DNA of 64,000 nucleotides from Gammaproteobacteria bacterium (GTDB lineage Bacteria; Pseudomonadota; Gammaproteobacteria; UBA4575): NCBI GenBank assembly GCA_965223115.1, contig OZ244982.1, positions 2,557,636 to 2,621,635 of the forward strand, read 5' to 3'. Shown piece by piece: positions 61,118 to 64,000 of this stretch (position 1 is its first letter; each line of letters starts with the position of its first letter). The notes under the pieces were generated by a model. It saw only the letters and a program-made list of their open reading frames with translations, ran no database searches and was not told where the DNA came from. The position numbers and the translations under genes were made by a program.

Positions 61118-62017
61118 TCATGTGATTCCATTACCACATTGACAATCTACAAAGATCAATGTGAATAATCCCAGTAAATATAAAATTGAAAAACCAAATA
61201 ATCTACGTGTACTTTTATGCGTAATCGGTTTGCGGGCAAAATCTATAGTTAATATTAAATAAGCAATGCCTAAAGCTAGCGATAAAACTAAATACGTAGG
61301 ACCTACTAAACTAAGCCAATACATAGTGGTGCTTGCTGGTACTAAAATGATGGTGTAAAACAACATGCGACGTTTAGTAACTTCTTTACCCTTTACGACT
61401 GGCAACATGGGTAAGTTCGCTTTGCGATACTCATCTGCACGTAGTAATGCTAATGCCCAAAAATGCGGTGGTTGCCAAATGAACATGATTAAAAACATGA
61501 CTAATGCAGGCCAACCAATTTCGTTTGTCACAGCGGCCCACCCAATTACAGGAGGTAATGCGCCTGCTACACCTCCTATTTCAGTACATAGTGGTGAAGT
61601 ACGTTTTAACCAAATGGTATAAATTACTACGTAAAAGAAAGTAGTACCGGTTGCTAAATAAGCAGTTAGAGGATTTACAAAATAAAATAGAATTGCAAAT
61701 GACCATAGGCTTAGCATTATTCCCAACCATAAGGCCTGTTGTGGATGTAAGCGGGAAGAAGGTAACGCACGCGTACGCGTACGCGCCATATGTTTATCTA
61801 CCTCTCGATCAACGTAGTTATTAAATGCTCCGCTTGCGGCTGAAGCTAGTCCTGTTCCTATTAAAGTCAATATGACTAAATCAATTGCGATGACTCCATT
61901 GCCTGCAAGCCACATACCTGAGAAGGTGGTGACAAGCACCAGCAAAGCTATGCGGGGCTTGCATACTTCAAAAAGATCAGAAAATTGGCTGCGGGCTATC
62001 GCTAAAGTTGCACTCAC
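61118..62017 (-). CDS. ctaB: Protoheme IX farnesyltransferase (heme O synthase)
   Basis: 299 aa; UbiA fold; …NNYVDREVD…; adjacent to the oxidase genes. Confidence 0.9.
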   Translation of the reverse strand: MSATLAIARSQFSDLFEVCKPRIALLVLVTTFSGMWLAGNGVIAIDLVILTLIGTGLASAASGAFNNYVDREVDKHMARTRTRALPSSRLHPQQALWLGIMLSLWSFAILFYFVNPLTAYLATGTTFFYVVIYTIWLKRTSPLCTEIGGVAGALPPVIGWAAVTNEIGWPALVMFLIMFIWQPPHFWALALLRADEYRKANLPMLPVVKGKEVTKRRMLFYTIILVPASTTMYWLSLVGPTYLVLSLALGIAYLILTIDFARKPITHKSTRRLFGFSILYLLGLFTLIFVDCQCGNGIT

Positions 62018-62062
62018 GTTTTTTACTCCTTATAAATATTCCTGTGAATCGTGGTGCACGGA

Positions 62063-62596
62063 TTATATCCTTTTTAAATCTCCAAACGGGTTGAAATATT
62101 GCCTATCTGTGGCGACTAATTGGGCTTCGGGGTGTTTTTTGGCCATTACTTCTTTTACTGTCTCTTCTTGTTTTTCCCAGGTGTATATAAGTATCAAATA
62201 TTGGCCATTTTCGAGTTCATCCCTAAAATGAGCTAATTTCTTATTTTCACTTGCGATACCAAATAAACCTCCTTCCCATGATCCAAATAGGGTTAAAAGT
62301 ATAACCACAATTGGATAGACGAACTCTGGCATGTTTGGGCCAAAAGGTTTGAAGAACATCAATGCTCCCGCAGCGAAGACTCCCGCTATGAATCCAATTA
62401 AAGCGCCGATTACTCCGTCACGTACTACATCTAATGTTTCTAAGTAGTTGCTTGAATGAATGTGCTCTTTGTTTAAACCGGCTTCATCTTTGCTTATTAC
62501 ATGAATGAACCAGTCATTTACACCAACTTCATGTAAGTCATTTGAAATCTCTTGAGTACTTTTTAAAGTGGGAGATAGGTAGTAATTAGCTTTCAT
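62063..62596 (-). CDS. Hypothetical protein with central hydrophobic segment
   Basis: 177 aa. Confidence 0.3.
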   Translation of the reverse strand: MKANYYLSPTLKSTQEISNDLHEVGVNDWFIHVISKDEAGLNKEHIHSSNYLETLDVVRDGVIGALIGFIAGVFAAGALMFFKPFGPNMPEFVYPIVVILLTLFGSWEGGLFGIASENKKLAHFRDELENGQYLILIYTWEKQEETVKEVMAKKHPEAQLVATDRQYFNPFGDLKRI

Positions 62597-63201
62597 AAAA
62601 TGCTCCTCTATTTTAATCGCGAGCTAACAGTCTTTATTACACATTGCCAAATAGCATGTTGTTTTTTTTATTTTATTGTTTAGCTCGTAACCTTTTTGTT
62701 AAAAGATTCGGCTTTATTGCCTTTAATTATTTTATATTGTTATTAGGCAATATGTTATTTGTTGAATTTATTTTTTTAATATTTACTGCGAGTAGATATA
62801 AAAAAAACTAAAGCAACAGATAAATGTTTCTCGCGTGTCTATTATGCACGATACTCTGCATTGCTTACAAAAGAGATTCAGCAAAAATGCTTGTTTTATA
62901 AGCAATAGATTGATTTTTTATTAAAAAAAATACGTTATTGAAATTATACTTATTCGAGACAAAAAATATTTTTATGAAAAGTCAAGGAAGCAACAGACTC
63001 TAAATTCAATTAATGGTAAAAATAAAAAAGATCTATGAAGTTCAAGATAGAAATCATTTAATCAATGGTTTTATTTGCAGCGAATAGTTTGTATGCCTTT
63101 TTCTAAATTTATGCAAATAAAAAGGAAGCTATAGTTTGAAAATCTTTTCCGAAAAATCAATTGCTATAGTTTTGATTTTATTTTATTCACTTTGAGAGCG
63201 T

Positions 63202-64000
63202 ATGAACAAGCTAAGTCATAAATTATTTGTTGCGATATTTTTGTTTAGTTTGGTGATCTTAATAAGTATGGTTTTTCTGAGTAAGTGGGCTCTAGAGCAT
63301 GGGTTTGTTAGTTATCTTAATGAGCAAGAAAATATAGTATTAACGAATTTAAAAGCTGATTTAGAAAATTATTTTGCAAATGAAGGAAGTTGGGATTCTA
63401 TTGTACAAGATCGTAAGTTATGGCGTTCACTATTAATTAAACATAAACGACGTTACTTTGAGTTAAAAGAAAATAGTGGAAAAAAAGATTTTTTAGAAAA
63501 AAAATTAAACAAGCCCATTCCGATTCATGGTGGGATATTGCGCCGTATTCGTTTGTTGGATCATGATAGGTCAGTATTGATTGGATTTGAGTCTAAGAAC
63601 TCTCATGCTACCGAGCAACCATTATTGTTGAACGATAAAGTTGTGGGATACATAAGCTTAAATCCTACCACTGAAATTCGAGATGAATTAGATTTAAGTT
63701 TTACCAAGCACTTAATCCGCACCATTCAATATAGCGCTTTAGGTGTTTTAATTATTTCTTTATTTATGGCTTATTGGCTAGCTAGACAATTTGTTGTACC
63801 GATAAAAAAACTTGCTGTTGGCACACGCGAATTAGCGGCAGGGAATTTTACTACACGTTTTTCTGTAGATAGTAAAGATGAATTAGGTCAACTCGCACAT
63901 GAAAGTAATATTTTGGCAACTACTTTAGAAAGTAATGAAGCATCAAGAAAACAATGGATTGCAGATATTTCACATGAGTTACGTACACCTCTAACGGTAT
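63202..64000 (+). CDS. Sensor histidine kinase, N-terminal part (truncated by window end)
   Basis: Reading from ATG 63202: N-terminal TM, periplasmic domain, second TM, HAMP, then H-box ISHELRTPLTV at the window edge. Not in the ORF track because no stop is reached. Confidence 0.75.
   Translation, partial: MNKLSHKLFVAIFLFSLVILISMVFLSKWALEHGFVSYLNEQENIVLTNLKADLENYFANEGSWDSIVQDRKLWRSLLIKHKRRYFELKENSGKKDFLEKKLNKPIPIHGGILRRIRLLDHDRSVLIGFESKNSHATEQPLLLNDKVVGYISLNPTTEIRDELDLSFTKHLIRTIQYSALGVLIISLFMAYWLARQFVVPIKKLAVGTRELAAGNFTTRFSVDSKDELGQLAHESNILATTLESNEASRKQWIADISHELRTPLTV

Overview
A 64 kb chromosomal window from a low-GC (roughly 38-40% by eye) Gram-negative proteobacterium; I would not name a genus from this sequence alone. 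The backbone is housekeeping: hemW-rdgB-rph/yicC, hsp20, cbpA, degP, moaD/moaC, asmA, mutY-yggX, typA, ppnN, ctaB and an aa3-type cytochrome oxidase. A tRNA-Phe at 12010-12085 is the insertion point for an ~11.5 kb composite genomic island, bounded on the right by a 29-bp perfect copy of the tRNA 3' half. The island carries a P4-type integrase disabled by one in-frame stop, an AlpA/Xis-like gene, a structured GC-rich palindrome, a four-gene module (membrane protein, NYN/PIN-like nuclease, two small 2-TM proteins) and a 1798-aa signal-peptide Rhs toxin with an unusual triple internal domain insertion plus a cognate immunity ORF. Downstream are secreted oddities (His/Tyr-rich protein, ER/K charged-repeat protein), a biosynthetic-looking four-gene operon next to a two-component system, a Zur box, a nitrogen-oxide stress locus (HPP, sNOR-like heme-copper oxidase + SenC, NsrR-like Rrf2, DUF1538/P-II-like), an orphan encapsulated-ferritin-like gene, fae, a di-heme cytochrome c peroxidase and the coxMNOP-type oxidase. 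No CRISPR array and no rRNA were seen. The best candidates for something undescribed are the NYN + 2-TM module in the tRNA-Phe island and the insertion-bearing Rhs.
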